Source of the DNA: Octopus bimaculoides
Lineage: Eukaryota
Assembly (NCBI RefSeq): GCF_001194135.2
Contig: NC_068984.1
Span: 60,729,854-60,793,853 of the forward strand
DNA length: 64,000 nucleotides
Reading direction: 5' to 3'
The notes under the pieces are model-generated. The model was given only the letters and a program-made list of their open reading frames with translations. It did no database searches and was not told where the DNA came from. Each line of letters starts with the position of its first letter. Within the stretch, counting starts at the first letter, position 1. The translations under genes and the position numbers were made by a program. Positions 51,020 to 64,000 of the stretch are shown one piece after another.

Positions 51020-51887
51020 ATGAGGTGATGTCAAAAAATTTTCAGACAAGTTCTGTAGCATGCCAACAGATGGCAGCACAGTAAAAACTGTCAATGACCT
51101 TCATGAGGCATATGTTTACTTTGCAAGTTGTGAAATTTGTGTTTTTGTAATCACATTTATGTTGTTGTCTGTGATTTTGTCATGGATAAGACCAAAGAGC
51201 CAACGTAAAATTTTACATTAAATTTTGGAAGTCTGCTACAGAGACATTGAACATGAGGCAATGGGTCATATGTATGGATTCAAGTGGCATGGGTGCTTCA
51301 AAAGTAAAAGAACATCCTTGGAAGATGATGAGCAATCTGCAAGACCTGCGATGAACATCACCCCCAAAAATGTGGTATTGTGCATTGAGAATTCATCTCT
51401 CTGTGTCAGACCATTAATTGGGAATTCTATTGTGATGCTTTGAAGCATTTGAGGGGGGACATTTGGCAAAAGCAACCAGAACTGTTGAGCATGAAGAACT
51501 GGATTCTTCACAATGACAATGCACCCTGTCATTGAGCCCTCCTCATTCATGAGTTTCTTGCCAAAAACAACATGATATTGCTTTTGCACCCACCCTATTC
51601 TCCAGATTTAGCAACTGCGTACTTCCATCTCTTCTCTATAATGAAAATGCAGCCCAAACGTCACTGTTTTAACTCCATTGTTGAGATCTGGAGCAAATTG
51701 CGGAAGGTCCTTGACTCATTTACAGAAAACAACTTTCAGGCTGGATTCCAAAAGTGGCAGGATCGCTGGGGCCAGTGTATTGCTGCACAAGGTGACTATT
51801 ATGAAGAAAATGATGTTAAAACTTAGGTGAATAAATTATTTTTTATTAAACATAACTAGTCCTAGGACCTTTTGAAACCACCTTTTA
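51020..51887 (+). mobile_element. Internally deleted mariner element (pseudogenised transposase)
   Basis: 'ANVKFYIKFWKSATETL', 'KWHGCFKSKRTSLEDDEQSARP' and 'WILHNDNAPCH*..LHPPYSPDLATAYFHLF'. Degenerate TIRs: gaggtgatgtcaaaaa.. and ..ttttgaaaccacc. Confidence 0.9.
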
Positions 51888-51894
51888 CATGCAC

Positions 51895-52155
51895 ACACAC
51901 ACACACATGCATAAATACATACATATATACATACATATATACATACATACATACATATGTACATACATACATATGTACATACATACATATGTACATACAT
52001 ACATACATATGTACATACATACATATGTACATACATACATACATATGTACATACATACATACATATGTACATACATACATACATACATATGTACATACAT
52101 ACATATGTACATACATACATACATACATACGTACGTACTTACATACATACATACA
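51895..52155 (+). repeat. Complex (CATA)n satellite with periodic catatgta interruptions
   Basis: Direct reading; source of the HT/MYV-repeat ORFs. Confidence 0.95.
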
Positions 52156-52735
52156 TGGTGATTGCTTCATCTTCACAGAGGACTGCTGTCTTCTTGTTGC
52201 TTTCTCATAGCCAACAGTATTTCTGACTTTCTGTTTTTAGTCTCTAAGATGACTATTCAGTTCCTTTGCAGATATACATGGTTTGAAGCATGGGTAACAC
52301 ATGAAAGATGCAAATAACTGCGTCCATCTAAATGATTAGGTCTGCATATGTCACCACTTTTCCATTGTCATAAGACTTTCAACAGATGGACTGGCAAAAA
52401 AGGCCCTCGTAAAGAGACATCTGTATATTATCAAATTATAGTGATAAATGCTTGTACAACACTAGAACTATTCTCTGAGTCTCCAAGAACCTGATAATAG
52501 GCTAAAGCAAGATGACCAGTAATCACATGAAACTTCAGGTTTTACACCAGAATGTCCCTCTTCTATAACAAGCATGCTGTGACAACAGCCAAGGGTTCCA
52601 CACTCCTGTTGGTTTTACTGAGTGACCTGACAACTACCAAGGGTACTTCTGTGACCCTAAGCTCAGAGGGATTGTTATCATTTATGCTAGTTAACCCATA
52701 GCTGGGACCCTGACAAGTGATACTACTCTGGGTCA
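52150..52735 (-). mobile_element. Probable decayed LINE 5'/endonuclease fragment
   Basis: Non-microsatellite island with broken, weakly APE-like translation; family not resolved. Confidence 0.3.
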
Positions 52736-53180
52736 CACACAGGAATAATAGACACTCTCACACACACATGCATTAACATGAACACACACACACACACACA
52801 TACAAAATCTCTTACTTTGATCAAGCGACACATTCATACATAATTCTCAAACCCAAATAAAATGCACATATACCCACTCCCTCAGACATTAAAATAACTG
52901 TCACTGCAATAACAAGATACAGTATGTCCATTTTGGATATTAATGTGACAAAGGTGGAGCAAAGAGGGCACATAGTTCATGAGGCTCTGAACTTCATTGT
53001 CGTTGACTGTGAGTACACACTAGTGACAAAAATCAATAAGCCAGAAAGGCATATTTAGCACTCACATTAGCTGCCAACATTTAAGATATTATCTCTGGAA
53101 GAATCCCAGGCAATGTTTTTACATTGAGTATGATACACAGATGGCTATTTTAATCTAATACTACTCCTGTTGCATACATA

Positions 53181-53291
<111 letters not shown>

Positions 53292-54076
53292 TCTTTTCAT
53301 TTTATTCAATAGAATGTTGAACCTAAAGCTTTTAAAACCTATTGTCTGTATCAAATATATTCTATATTCTGGCATAATCTACTCAATTTCCATCTTGACT
53401 TATAAGAATTCTTTGAAAGTTTCCCAAACAGATATCAATTTATCATTGAATTATTTCTTAAACTCAACAGGATGCTACCATTTTCCATTCAATGCCTGTA
53501 TTTAAGTGAGTATAATTACATTTCTGTCAGAACTTTTCTCCACTTACATAGCTTCCTAATTTGGGCTTGCCTTAAATACATCAATTCTTCACTACCTTTT
53601 TATGACACGTTTGTCAAACTTGTCTTGATGAGAATGAATAAATAGAGCAACTAAATAACATTACTTACCTACTTTAATGTACAACAGTACAGGCAAATCA
53701 TACAAGATGGGCCAGTATATTGGATTAGGAAACTCAGTTGTGAAATGTCCATTCTTTACAAAGATTGACCATATTCTTATTTCTTGCACATTTAATCAAA
53801 TTATATGAATGATATTTCTTTATATTCCATTCTTTTATCAAGTGGATGAATGTAGAAACGTAATTTAGTAGTCTTTGTATGTTAAAATTTGATAGCAATT
53901 TAAATACTAATGAAAAAATTTGTGTGTGTTGTGTGCATGCATGCGCTAATATTCATATGTAATTACCTCATTTGATTTGTTTTGTAGTGTTGTTCTTAAT
54001 GTAAAGGATTTACAAAATCGTACTACTGAAAACAAGATTAAAATAAAAGTACAAGTGTGTGTGAATGTATTTATAT

Positions 54077-54121
<45 letters not shown>

Positions 54122-55056
54122 NNNNNNNNNNNNNNNNNNNNNNNNNNNNNNNNNNNNNNNNNNNNNNNNNNNNNNNNNNNNNNNNNNNNNNNNNNNNNNN
54201 NNNNNNNNNNNNNNNNNNNNNNNNNNNNNNNNNNNNNNNNNNNNNNNNNNNNNNNNNNNNNNNNNNNNNNNNNNNNNNNNNNNNNNNNNNNNNNNNNNNN
54301 NNNNNNNNNNNNNNNNNNNNNNNNNNNNNNNNNNNNNNNNNNNNNNNNNNNNNNNNNNNNNNNNNNNNNNNNNNNNNNNNNNNNNNNNNNNNNNNNNNNN
54401 NNNNNNNNNNNNNNNNNNNNNNNNNNNNNNNNNNNNNNNNNNNNNNNNNNNNNNNNNNNNNNNNNNNNNNNNNNNNNNNNNNNNNNNNNNNNNNNNNNNN
54501 NNNNNNNNNNNNNNNNNNNNNNNNNNNNNNNNNNNNNNNNNNNNNNNNNNNNNNNNNNNNNNNNNNNNNNNNNNNNNNNNNNNNNNNNNNNNNNNNNNNN
54601 NNNNNNNNNNNNNNNNNNNNNNNNNNNNNNNNNNNNNNNNNNNNNNNNNNNNNNNNNNNNNNNNNNNNNNNNNNNNNNNNNNNNNNNNNNNNNNNNNNNN
54701 NNNNNNNNNNNNNNNNNNNNNNNNNNNNNNNNNNNNNNNNNNNNNNNNNNNNNNNNNNNNNNNNNNNNNNNNNNNNNNNNNNNNNNNNNNNNNNNNNNNN
54801 NNNNNNNNNNNNNNNNNNNNNNNNNNNNNNNNNNNNNNNNNNNNNNNNNNNNNNNNNNNNNNNNNNNNNNNNNNNNNNNNNNNNNNNNNNNNNNNNNNNN
54901 NNNNNNNNNNNNNNNNNNGGTGAAAAGTAATTAGGCATTAGAAATTGCTTATAGAATTTTTAGTATCACTGAAATCATGATGAAAACATTTTTAAAACAG
55001 ACAACACTAATACAGATTTTTTTAATTTTCTGATTGTCTTATTTCTTATTTTCCAG

Positions 55057-55805
55057 ATGGCCGGTTGCTTGACTGTTCAAGAGTGAGCTAAGATCGCAGC
55101 ATGCTATGAAGTGTTGAATTCCATTATCTTGGTTCAGAGATGGTGGTGTGCATAGAAAGATAAGCATGCAAAACCATGTCTGGATACAATAAAAAGTTGT
55201 CATGCAAAGCTAATGACCATGAGCTCTGTGAATGATACAAGAAGTGGCCATCCAACTACATCCCAGTCAGTGGAGAGCATGGCAACAGTGCAGAAAATGC
55301 TTAATCACAGTCTGCAAAAATCAACACATCAAGCAGCTCATGAAAGTGGGCTAACAAGACGCACAATATGTATGGTGTTGCATAAAGAATTGAATTTTTG
55401 TCCATAGAAACCTCATTATGTGCAGGAGCTAAAACCTGATGAGTCGACATGGATTTCATGAACAGCCTCCAAGAAATCTAGATCTCACTCCATGGGATTT
55501 TTACCTGTGGGGTTGCACAAAAGAGGTGTACAAGATAAAACCTTGTACACTGGAGGACTTGGAGACATGGATTCAGGAGGTTCTCCATGATATCTCAGAC
55601 AACATCCTTCTGAAGATTGTCCATTCCATCCCTGGCCATCTGAGGAAACTGGTTAATGCCACTGGTGCTTACGTTGAAATATCAAGATTTACTTTCATTT
55701 TCCCATATAATAAAGAACATGTATCAACATGTTTCAATAGATTTGTAAAAGGGATATGGATTTTATTACCAATATTTAATGCCTATTGACCTTTCATCCA
55801 CACTG
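55057..55805 (+). mobile_element. Internally deleted Tc1/mariner-superfamily (maT/rosa-like) transposase remnant
   Basis: N-terminus 'MAGCLTVQE*AKIAACYEVLNS..SVNDTRSGHP..LNFCP*KPHYVQEL' is fused to 'PPRNLDLTPWDFYLWG..VYKIKPCTLEDL..LVNATGAYVE'. The right end is ..cacactg followed by TA; the left end may lie in the N gap. Confidence 0.85.
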
Positions 55806-55837
55806 TATACTACATATAAGTATATATACATATATAT

Positions 55838-56360
55838 ATCATCATCATCATCATCATCGTTTAACGTCAGCTTTCTATGCTAGCATGGGTTGGACGATTT
55901 GACTGAGGACTGGTGGACCAAGAGGCGACACCAGGCTCCAATCTGATTTGGAAGAGTTTCTACAGCTGGATACCCTTCCTAACACCAACCACTCCGAGAG
56001 TGTAGTGGGTGTTTTACGTGCCACTGGCACGAGGGCCAGTCAGATGGAACTGGCGATGGTCATGCTCAAAATGGTGTGTTTTATGTGCCACCTGCACAGG
56101 AGTCAGTCCATTGGCACTGGCAACGATTTCGCTCGAATGTCTTCTCATGTGTCACTGGCACAAGTGCCAGGGAGGCGACGTTGGTAACAATCAACGGCCA
56201 CACTCGAAATGGTGTATTTTACACTGGTACAGGTGCCATCTCGATTTCACTTTCACTTGCCCCAACAGGTCTTTGCAAGCCGAGTTTAGTGTTCCTACAA
56301 ATTTGGTTCGATTCCGACTTTGATTTCACTTGCCTCACCATGTCTTCGCAAGCGGAGTGG
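55838..56360 (-). mobile_element. SINE family C, long variant
   Basis: Reverse complement of the C consensus plus an extra internal module shared with 60895-61365. Confidence 0.85.
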
Positions 56361-56659
56361 TAACAAATTAAAAACTCTATAACTCCTAAACTACTTAAAC
56401 TTGAAAGCTGAAATTTGAGATGAACTGCTTCTGCATCGCATTAAGTCAACACACCGAGTTTGGTAAACTCGAGTAAGCATTTTGACCCCTAGAATTTTGC
56501 ATGATTTGGGTCAAAAGTGGAGTTAGATTTCACAGTTGGGGGTGACGTTTTTTAAAAAAGTTTAAAATAAAGGTTATTGTCTCTACTTATATAAAATTGT
56601 TTATGGACTTTTGGTACAAGAAATTGTTTATCTCCAAAAGTCAAAAAGTTATAACCCTA

Positions 56660-56691
<32 letters not shown>

Positions 56692-56871
56692 ATATATTAG
56701 ATCTCTAACAGAATGCCATGATGTGTTCCTCTGATGATCCATTGTGGTTAGACATCCAAATACACTTGGAATATTCAATGCTGCATTCAAGACAACTGCA
56801 CTGGTGAAATATACGCAGGAACTAAATATCCATGCTGGTATTTATCTTAATTCTCCACTCTATACACACTA

Positions 56872-56912
<41 letters not shown>

Positions 56913-58949
56913 ATGAAAGAGATATACTTGGCAAAATGAAGAGTTTAATTATTTATCTGTGTCAGCTCAACATTTTGGTATGCTGCGGTGTAATTGGCGA
57001 AGTTGCCACCTAGCACACAACAGCTGCATAACTGAAGTGTCAGCGAGTTTTATTTACTGCTTAATTTTTAATCTCAGATTAGAGCTTATAATGCATAATG
57101 TCACATTAAAATATATCTTAGCAGTTAATTAATAATTATTAATTTCCTCTTATACTTCGGATTAATTCTAGCGGCAAACATTATCTGAGACATCAATAAA
57201 ACCGTCTGTCCCGATAACTTTTAATGGTTGACGTGTTATATGTGAAAGAAAATGCCACTCTTGTGGGGATTGAATAACTGTTAAATATTAAGTAAACATT
57301 TATTCTTTTACAAGTCATTAGATCGAGGTAATACCGAAGCATCGTATTGAAGAATTTCGTTCAACCAGATAGAACCCAGTACAGGCATATCTCAACTTAC
57401 ATCATTTCGCTTATTTTTGTTTGTTTTTAATAGATAAACCTCAATTTATGTCGGTTTCAGCGAACATATTTAGAAAAATAAAATTTAAAACAAAAATTGC
57501 CTAAAAACCAATACTGAAGTTGAAAATCAAATAAAATACATGCGAAAAAAAAAAACATTTATTAAAAAATATATAAACTTTTGAAAATAATTTTTGTGTT
57601 ACATCATTTATTGAGTTGAGTCGCCAGTCTTGGAACTAATTCTTTTCGAATTTTGGCACAAGGCCAGCAATTTTGGAAGTGGAGTTAAGTCAACCATTAA
57701 CTCTCCACTGGTACTTACTTTAATCGACCCCGAAAGGGTGAAGGGCAAAAACTCGACCTTGGCGGAGCTTGAACTCAGAATGTAAAAACAGACGAGATGC
57801 CACTAAGCATTTTGCTCAGTGTGCTAATGATTCTGCCAGCTCACCGGCATTCATGCCTTGGAACCACCCACTGACGTAAGCTGAGTTATGCCTGAACTTG
57901 GTCTGAAAATAAGTTTACTGAATTTCAGTTGCTACTTAAGTCCATCTAGAGATGCATCGACTTAACACTGGTATACACAAATATACATGCAAACACACAT
58001 ATGCACGTCATCATTTCCATCTATTTGATTTCATTCGTGAAACAGATGCTATGGTAGAAGATAATTGATCAAAGTACCACAGGTAGGATCGAGTTTTGAA
58101 TTATTTGGTTACAAAGTGAACTTTTCAAACATGCCCTGGTTTCTATACATTGCGTATTTACTTGTTCAAAGTTGATTCACTCCATGTTTTTTGCTACATG
58201 TGTAACTCTATACACACACACATATAACCACACACACACACACATATACTAACATACATGCACAGTCTAACATACACACACATATGATAAAGGAATATAA
58301 ATGGACAGCTCAATTTATGTTATGTACATTTCCATTGCATGACTATAGAAATGTTATTAATGTGTATTATTTCATTACACAATATTACATAATATTACAT
58401 TGTTACGTATTATATATTGCGCCAAATGTGCAGCGTCTGCTGTTATATATAATGTATTCACAGGATCCTTAATATCATTGTGCAATGCCTACTATACTGA
58501 CCGGTTGGTAGTGTATTAATGTATTCTTCCTAAGCACTTTATGGAGAAATAGTTAAATTTACTGTTTGTACATCTATTGTAAAAATTGCTCTTAATGTTG
58601 TGTGAACTGAAATCCTTGTTGACCTGCTGCTGATATGAAATAAAGTGTTAAATACTTATGGTATGCAAATTTTTAGCCCCAGTTCTTGGTAGTTACTACA
58701 TTTGTTGTGTATATAGACAGATTGGTTATTTGTATTTCTGGGGTTGGTTAAGTGATATAGACACCTCTGATGAAAATCCATTAAGTTTCAAAACCAATTA
58801 AGGCGCTTCATAATTCTTTTCGATCTACTGAGAAATAGCTAAATTCACTATGTCTGTATATCTGCTGTATACATATATGAGTATATGTATGTATGTATGT
58901 GTGTGTGTGTGTGTATGTGTGATTGCGCATGAGTACAACAGTGACCTGA

Positions 58950-60690
58950 GTGTCTTGGCTGATGGCGTTGGGCTATTTGAATGAAAATGGATTATTGTAC
59001 ATGGAATGAAGGAAGATTAAAGCTGTTGGAGTTTTGTGATGTTAATAACCTAATCATTTGGAATACAAACTTCAGTTAACTTCAGTGAATCTCCAAGCTT
59101 AACAGGTTTCATACTCATCAAGAAAGGGGACAAAAAGTTGGTTGAATATCAAGCTGTTGAGGAATATACTACCTGATATAGATTAGTGACTAGTAATAGA
59201 GTAAGAGCTTGATGGACCAAGAAGCACGGGGGCAAGAAAATCTGGAAGCTGAAAGATCCTCGACTAGACACAGATTAAATGCATAACAAGCTAATGCATA
59301 TACTGTGAAGAAGATAAAGACATTTAACATATAGAAAACAATTGGGAGACGTATCTCTGGACAAGCTTACATGGCTCTCACAAGTATACAAAGCATGGTA
59401 ATACCTCAAAGAACTTGCAACCCACTTTGTGTCTTGGAATGCTTCAGTTGATGAAGAAATAGAAGAGACAGACCTGGAAAGAATGGATGAAAAAACAGAA
59501 ACAACATGAAATAGCTGTAAAAAGCTAAACCTCAGATACATGTAACAAGAAGAGAAGCAAAAAGTAAGATAATTTGCCAAATTTTCTGTGATGCGGAGGT
59601 CAGAGGCATGAGATGTTCCAGACTGCAAAGCAGTGTGACAGTGTGAACAAGAGCATCATTGGTGGATTACAGTTCATTGATGGAACATGAGTGTCCCAGT
59701 TTGATGGAAAAGTAGTGGAATGGTTTGTAAAGTTACAGCCTGAAAATAATGGAAAGAAGTTGGGAGCAGGGGACAATATCAGGTAATAGAAGAAAAACTA
59801 GATATTAGGTATAGCAGAGCAAAAGGTGAAAATAAGAGTTATTACTAATGCTTTGCTACGTGGTGAGATCAAAAGCTTGAGAATGCCATTGTGAAAACTG
59901 ATTACATAATGTTAAGGAGCGGTATTTCACTGACTAATGCCGAGAAGAAAGGGGCATGGAAATACAACTAAAGGGGGTAACTGAATAAGATGAATGCATG
60001 AGGAGCATGGAAATACAACTAAAGGGGTTACTGAATCAGATGAATACATGCTGAGTAGTAATCCCAACAGATGAATCAATGACTGAAATTTACAGCTATA
60101 CAGTTGAAATGCCTATTAAATATATGAAAGTAGGCAAAGAACCAAGGATGGTCGCTGAGGTAGTGAAAATATCTGGTGAAGTAGAAAACATGCTAGGCAC
60201 TCACGTAATCAATCATGTTGCACAGTAATGTGCCATTCCTGATGACTTGCGTAGTAGAATCATCAACTGACACAGGAGCTAGGGCGATGCTCTAGAAAAA
60301 AGCAGCTGCAGTGGTATCAAGTTGATGGACCATGTTATGAAAATAATAGAAGGTAATTAAGAAGAAAATCAATTGAGATGAGATGCTGTTCGGGGGTGGG
60401 TACATCTGATACTCAATTCCTAGTGAGAGCACTAAAAGAGAAGTTATTAGTAGGGAACAAGTCACCATATTTAGCAGTCCTTTGAAAGAATGCAACAATT
60501 TGTAGTCTAATGTTACAAAGTAAAAAGTATAGAGGAAGGGCTTGTAAGGTCCATATGAATATGTACAGTGATACACTCAGCATGATGAGAATGAGCAACA
60601 GTCTCAGCAATGAATTTAGTGGGTAGGTAGGTGTCTATAAAGCTTCAATTCTCAGCCCGTTTTTTGGTGATAGTTCTACAGGCCATATTA
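58950..60690 (+). mobile_element. Decayed RTE-clade LINE (EN-RT region)
   Basis: Broken translation includes 'MKVGKEPRMVAEVVKISGEV..IPDDLRSRIIN..GDALEKSSCSGIKLMDHVMKII..DEMLFG' and 'VGVYKASILSP', resembling RTE RT motifs (GDAL.RGNYRG.KL..HVMK; GV.QGS.LSP). Confidence 0.8.
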
Positions 60691-60894
60691 CATTAAATAT
60701 GTTAACAGTAACTTAACCTCTGTTTTTCAAATGAATGGCACTTCTGAGTAACTAACGTTAGTGTTTTTTCCTAAATATAATTGTTCACATCTATTCACGT
60801 ACAATATTCTGCATTTACTAGGTAGTTGTCGCCATGTTAGTTTGTCAAATGTAGTAATCCCTGAGTCAATGAATCAGTCTAATAAAACTTAAAC

Positions 60895-61365
60895 ATGTCT
60901 GGTATTACTTCCTCATATATTTTCTGGACATTCGAGTGCGATCATTGCCAGTGCCACTGGACTGGCTCCTATACAGGACACGAAACTCGGCTTGTGAAAA
61001 CCTGTTCGGGCAAGCAAAAGCGAAATCGTGATGGCACCTGTGCCCAGAGTCGCCTTCCTGGTACTTGTGCTGGTGGCACGTGTAAAGACATTCAAGTGAG
61101 ATCGTGCCAGTACCACTGGATGTCTTCTGTGCAGGTAGCACGACAAATACACCATTTTGAGCGTGGCCGTTGCCAGTACCACATGACTGGCCTTCGTGCC
61201 AGTGACACGCAAAAGCACCCACTACACTCTTGGAGTGTTTGGCGTCAGGAAGGGCATCCAGTTGTAGAAACTCTGCCAAATCAAATTGGAGCCTGGTGCA
61301 GCCATCTGGTTCACCAGTCCTCAGTCAAATCGTCCAACCCATGCTAGCATGGAAAGCAGACATTA
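60895..61365 (+). mobile_element. SINE family C, long variant (other C copies at 1465-1860, 28905-29230 and 50425-50627, all minus)
   Basis: Same 3' consensus as 26490-26776; the ORFs called here are translations of the repeat. Confidence 0.85.
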
Positions 61366-63357
61366 TGCACTGTCAAAACAGTCTCTTGGTATTGTTGAAT
61401 GAAATTAAATTTCCATGTGCCCATTGAAGAATAGTTAAAAGAAGGTTGGTTTAAAGTTCTTGTTGAAGATTTACAAGCCTAGTATGAAATATATAGGTTA
61501 CTGGGGTTACTCGTGAAGGTTGCATTCGGGCAAAAGGTTAGTGTACTTTATATAAAGGAAAAATAAGAAAACAGAGATACCTCAACTAATAAGTATATTT
61601 ATTAATTGCAAAAATAAACATGATCTCTAACAACTGTTTTGATTCATACTTTAAAGATTATAATTGTAATGATCAAATCATTTTATAAAACAGAATATTG
61701 TCAGAGGCAGAAAAAAAGATATACCAGTATGTTATTAGTTGTTAAGTATACTGAACATTACAGCAAACTGAGTAATGTTATATGGATATGCTTGGTATAA
61801 ATCTATTAAGAGAGACATAGGATGTATATTTAGTGGGAAATGTACACCCTGTATCTCTCTTAATAGGTTTATATCAAACTTATCCGTATACTTAACAACT
61901 ACGAGATTCTGCTTTATAAAATGATTTGATCATTACAATTATAATCTTTAGAGTATGAATCGAAACAGCAGTTAGAGATCATGTTTATTTTTGCAGTTAA
62001 TAAATATACTCATTAATTGATGTATCTCCATTTTCTTATTTTTCTTAAATAGATATAAACCTTGGTTTATCTAATTACCTATTATTCATGAGTATTATAA
62101 ATAATATTCACAACAAATACTATGTAATGAACCAGTAATCCATTGGATATTACTATCCCTTAATAAAGCTTATCCAAACTCTAACTGAACAATATATATA
62201 TATATATATATATATATNNNNNNNNNNNNNNNNNNNNNNNNNNNNNNNNNNNNNNNNNNNNNNNNNNNNNNNNNNNNNNNNNNNNNNNNNNNNNNNNNNN
62301 NNNNNNNNNNNNNNNNNNNNNNNNNNNNNNNNNNNNNNNNNNNNNNNNNNNNNNNNNNNNNNNNNNNNNNNNNNNNNNNNNNNNNNNNNNNNNNNNNNNN
62401 NNNNNNNNNNNNNNNNNNNNNNNNNNNNNNNNNNNNNNNNNNNNNNNNNNNNNNNNNNNNNNNNNNNNNNNNNNNNNNNNNNNNNNNNNNNNNNNNNNNN
62501 NNNNNNNNNNNNNNNNNNNNNNNNNNNNNNNNNNNNNNNNNNNNNNNNNNGTGTGTGTGTGTGTGTGTGTGCATGTGCTTGTGTGTGCGTGCGTGTAAGT
62601 ATGTCTATAAAGAGGTTTGACTAGATGTAAAAGTAAGAAGATCATTAGTGTAAGGGATAGAAGAGCAAAGGTAGAGAAGCCAGACACTGAGACACGAGAG
62701 AGTTAGTGGAAGTTAGATAAAAGAGAGAGGGACATATCGATATATGTTTTTAGGAAATAGTTTCAAAAGGAACTTCTTATCTAAAAGACTAGTGAAGCTC
62801 ATAACAGGAAGATTGAGAGAGAAAATTTGGTTCTCTGCACAGCGTACATTAATTTTGAAAAAAATTCGTTTAAAGTTACCATAGTTACAGAACTCAAAAT
62901 TATATACGTAAAAGTTTACATCTAAGTAGAATTTATATTAAAATATCTGAAACGTGTACAAGTTATGTCTTTGCTTTAGATTTAATTAGTTTCTTAGGAA
63001 TTTAGCAGACAGGTCAAAGGTTTGACAGGAGAGAGAGCAAGGAATTTGACTGATAAACATATTCACTTGTGCCTTAAGATTTAGCTGTCAGCGAGGTGTA
63101 GAAGAAAGAGGGAAACGAAGAAAAGACAAGTTATAAAATGAAAGAGCAAAGCAAAATCATTAACTTCACTTCTACATATTCAATCACAACATACACTTAA
63201 CAGACACAGACAGACAGACACATTTTTAAAAGTCTCTTTTGCTGTTTTTAGCCATTCAGCTGTGACCATGTTCGACACATCGCCCAAACAACAATATTGA
63301 CAAAGATAATGCATACACACACTTTCATGCAAATGATTGAAGATGTAAACAAACACC

Positions 63358-63407
<50 letters not shown>

Positions 63408-63898
63408 NNNNNNNNNNNNNNNNNNNNNNNNNNNNNNNNNNNNNNNNNNNNNNNNNNNNNNCAGTAGAGCTGGAGATAATTTTAAAAAGTCACTAATTTA
63501 TGTTGTATGGTAATTAATGCACTTGTATTTGTCTGTATTCGTCAAATACATACTAGTGACCACTCTGAATCGTTTTTATTTTAGCTTATTTCTTTTAAAA
63601 TTATGCATAACTAACTAAGCTATAAATGTGATCAAGCTCTATTTAAGTTCAATAATCATTGTTAATATACACTCCAAATAATATTACCATCCAGTGAAGT
63701 GGACACAGAATTACATATAGGAGGGGTTTACAGCATGAGTGATAACCCATAGTAGTTGTAGACGTTAAATACAAAAGGATGTGGTTACCCGTAACCTGGA
63801 GCATAAATGAGAGCTACCACGGTATCCACCTGGGTAAAATATCTCTCTAAATTCACATGCACATGCACATGATATACATATATATGCTCATATATACA

Positions 63899-63941
<43 letters not shown>

Positions 63942-63943
63942 AC

Positions 63944-64000
<57 letters not shown>

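Noticed and set aside
53300-53800. Possible minus-strand exon pair (donor AG|GTAAGT at 53669, acceptor at 53495)
   Set aside because: The only frame open across the junction stops after about 10 codons; the alternative protein-like frame has four stops, as expected by chance in AT-rich DNA.

Overview
AT-rich, repeat-saturated animal genomic DNA from a draft assembly with several N gaps. The SINE, LINE and microsatellite repertoire looks like a coleoid cephalopod, most likely Octopus; this is my inference and no database was searched. No protein-coding host exon can be called with confidence. Most supplied ORFs are microsatellite, N-gap or transposon translations. Supported content: (i) four tRNA-headed or LINE-tailed SINE families, here called A-D, in about 35 copies; (ii) 5'-truncated restriction-like-endonuclease LINEs (R4/Dong-like) clustered in (AAT)n tracts at 33.5-43.3 kb; (iii) decayed RTE LINE pieces; (iv) two internally deleted Tc1/mariner transposases; (v) hAT, piggyBac and Tc1-type MITEs, plus a GG-ended long-TIR element with an 8-bp TSD and telomere-like core. 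The best hunt result is a nearly intact minimal type I hammerhead ribozyme on the minus strand (11778-11844), with decayed relatives elsewhere. A CpG-retaining promoter-like island at about 43.7-44.2 kb and scattered strong minus-strand splice signals hint at an unannotated long-intron transcript. Most repeat boundaries are approximate.
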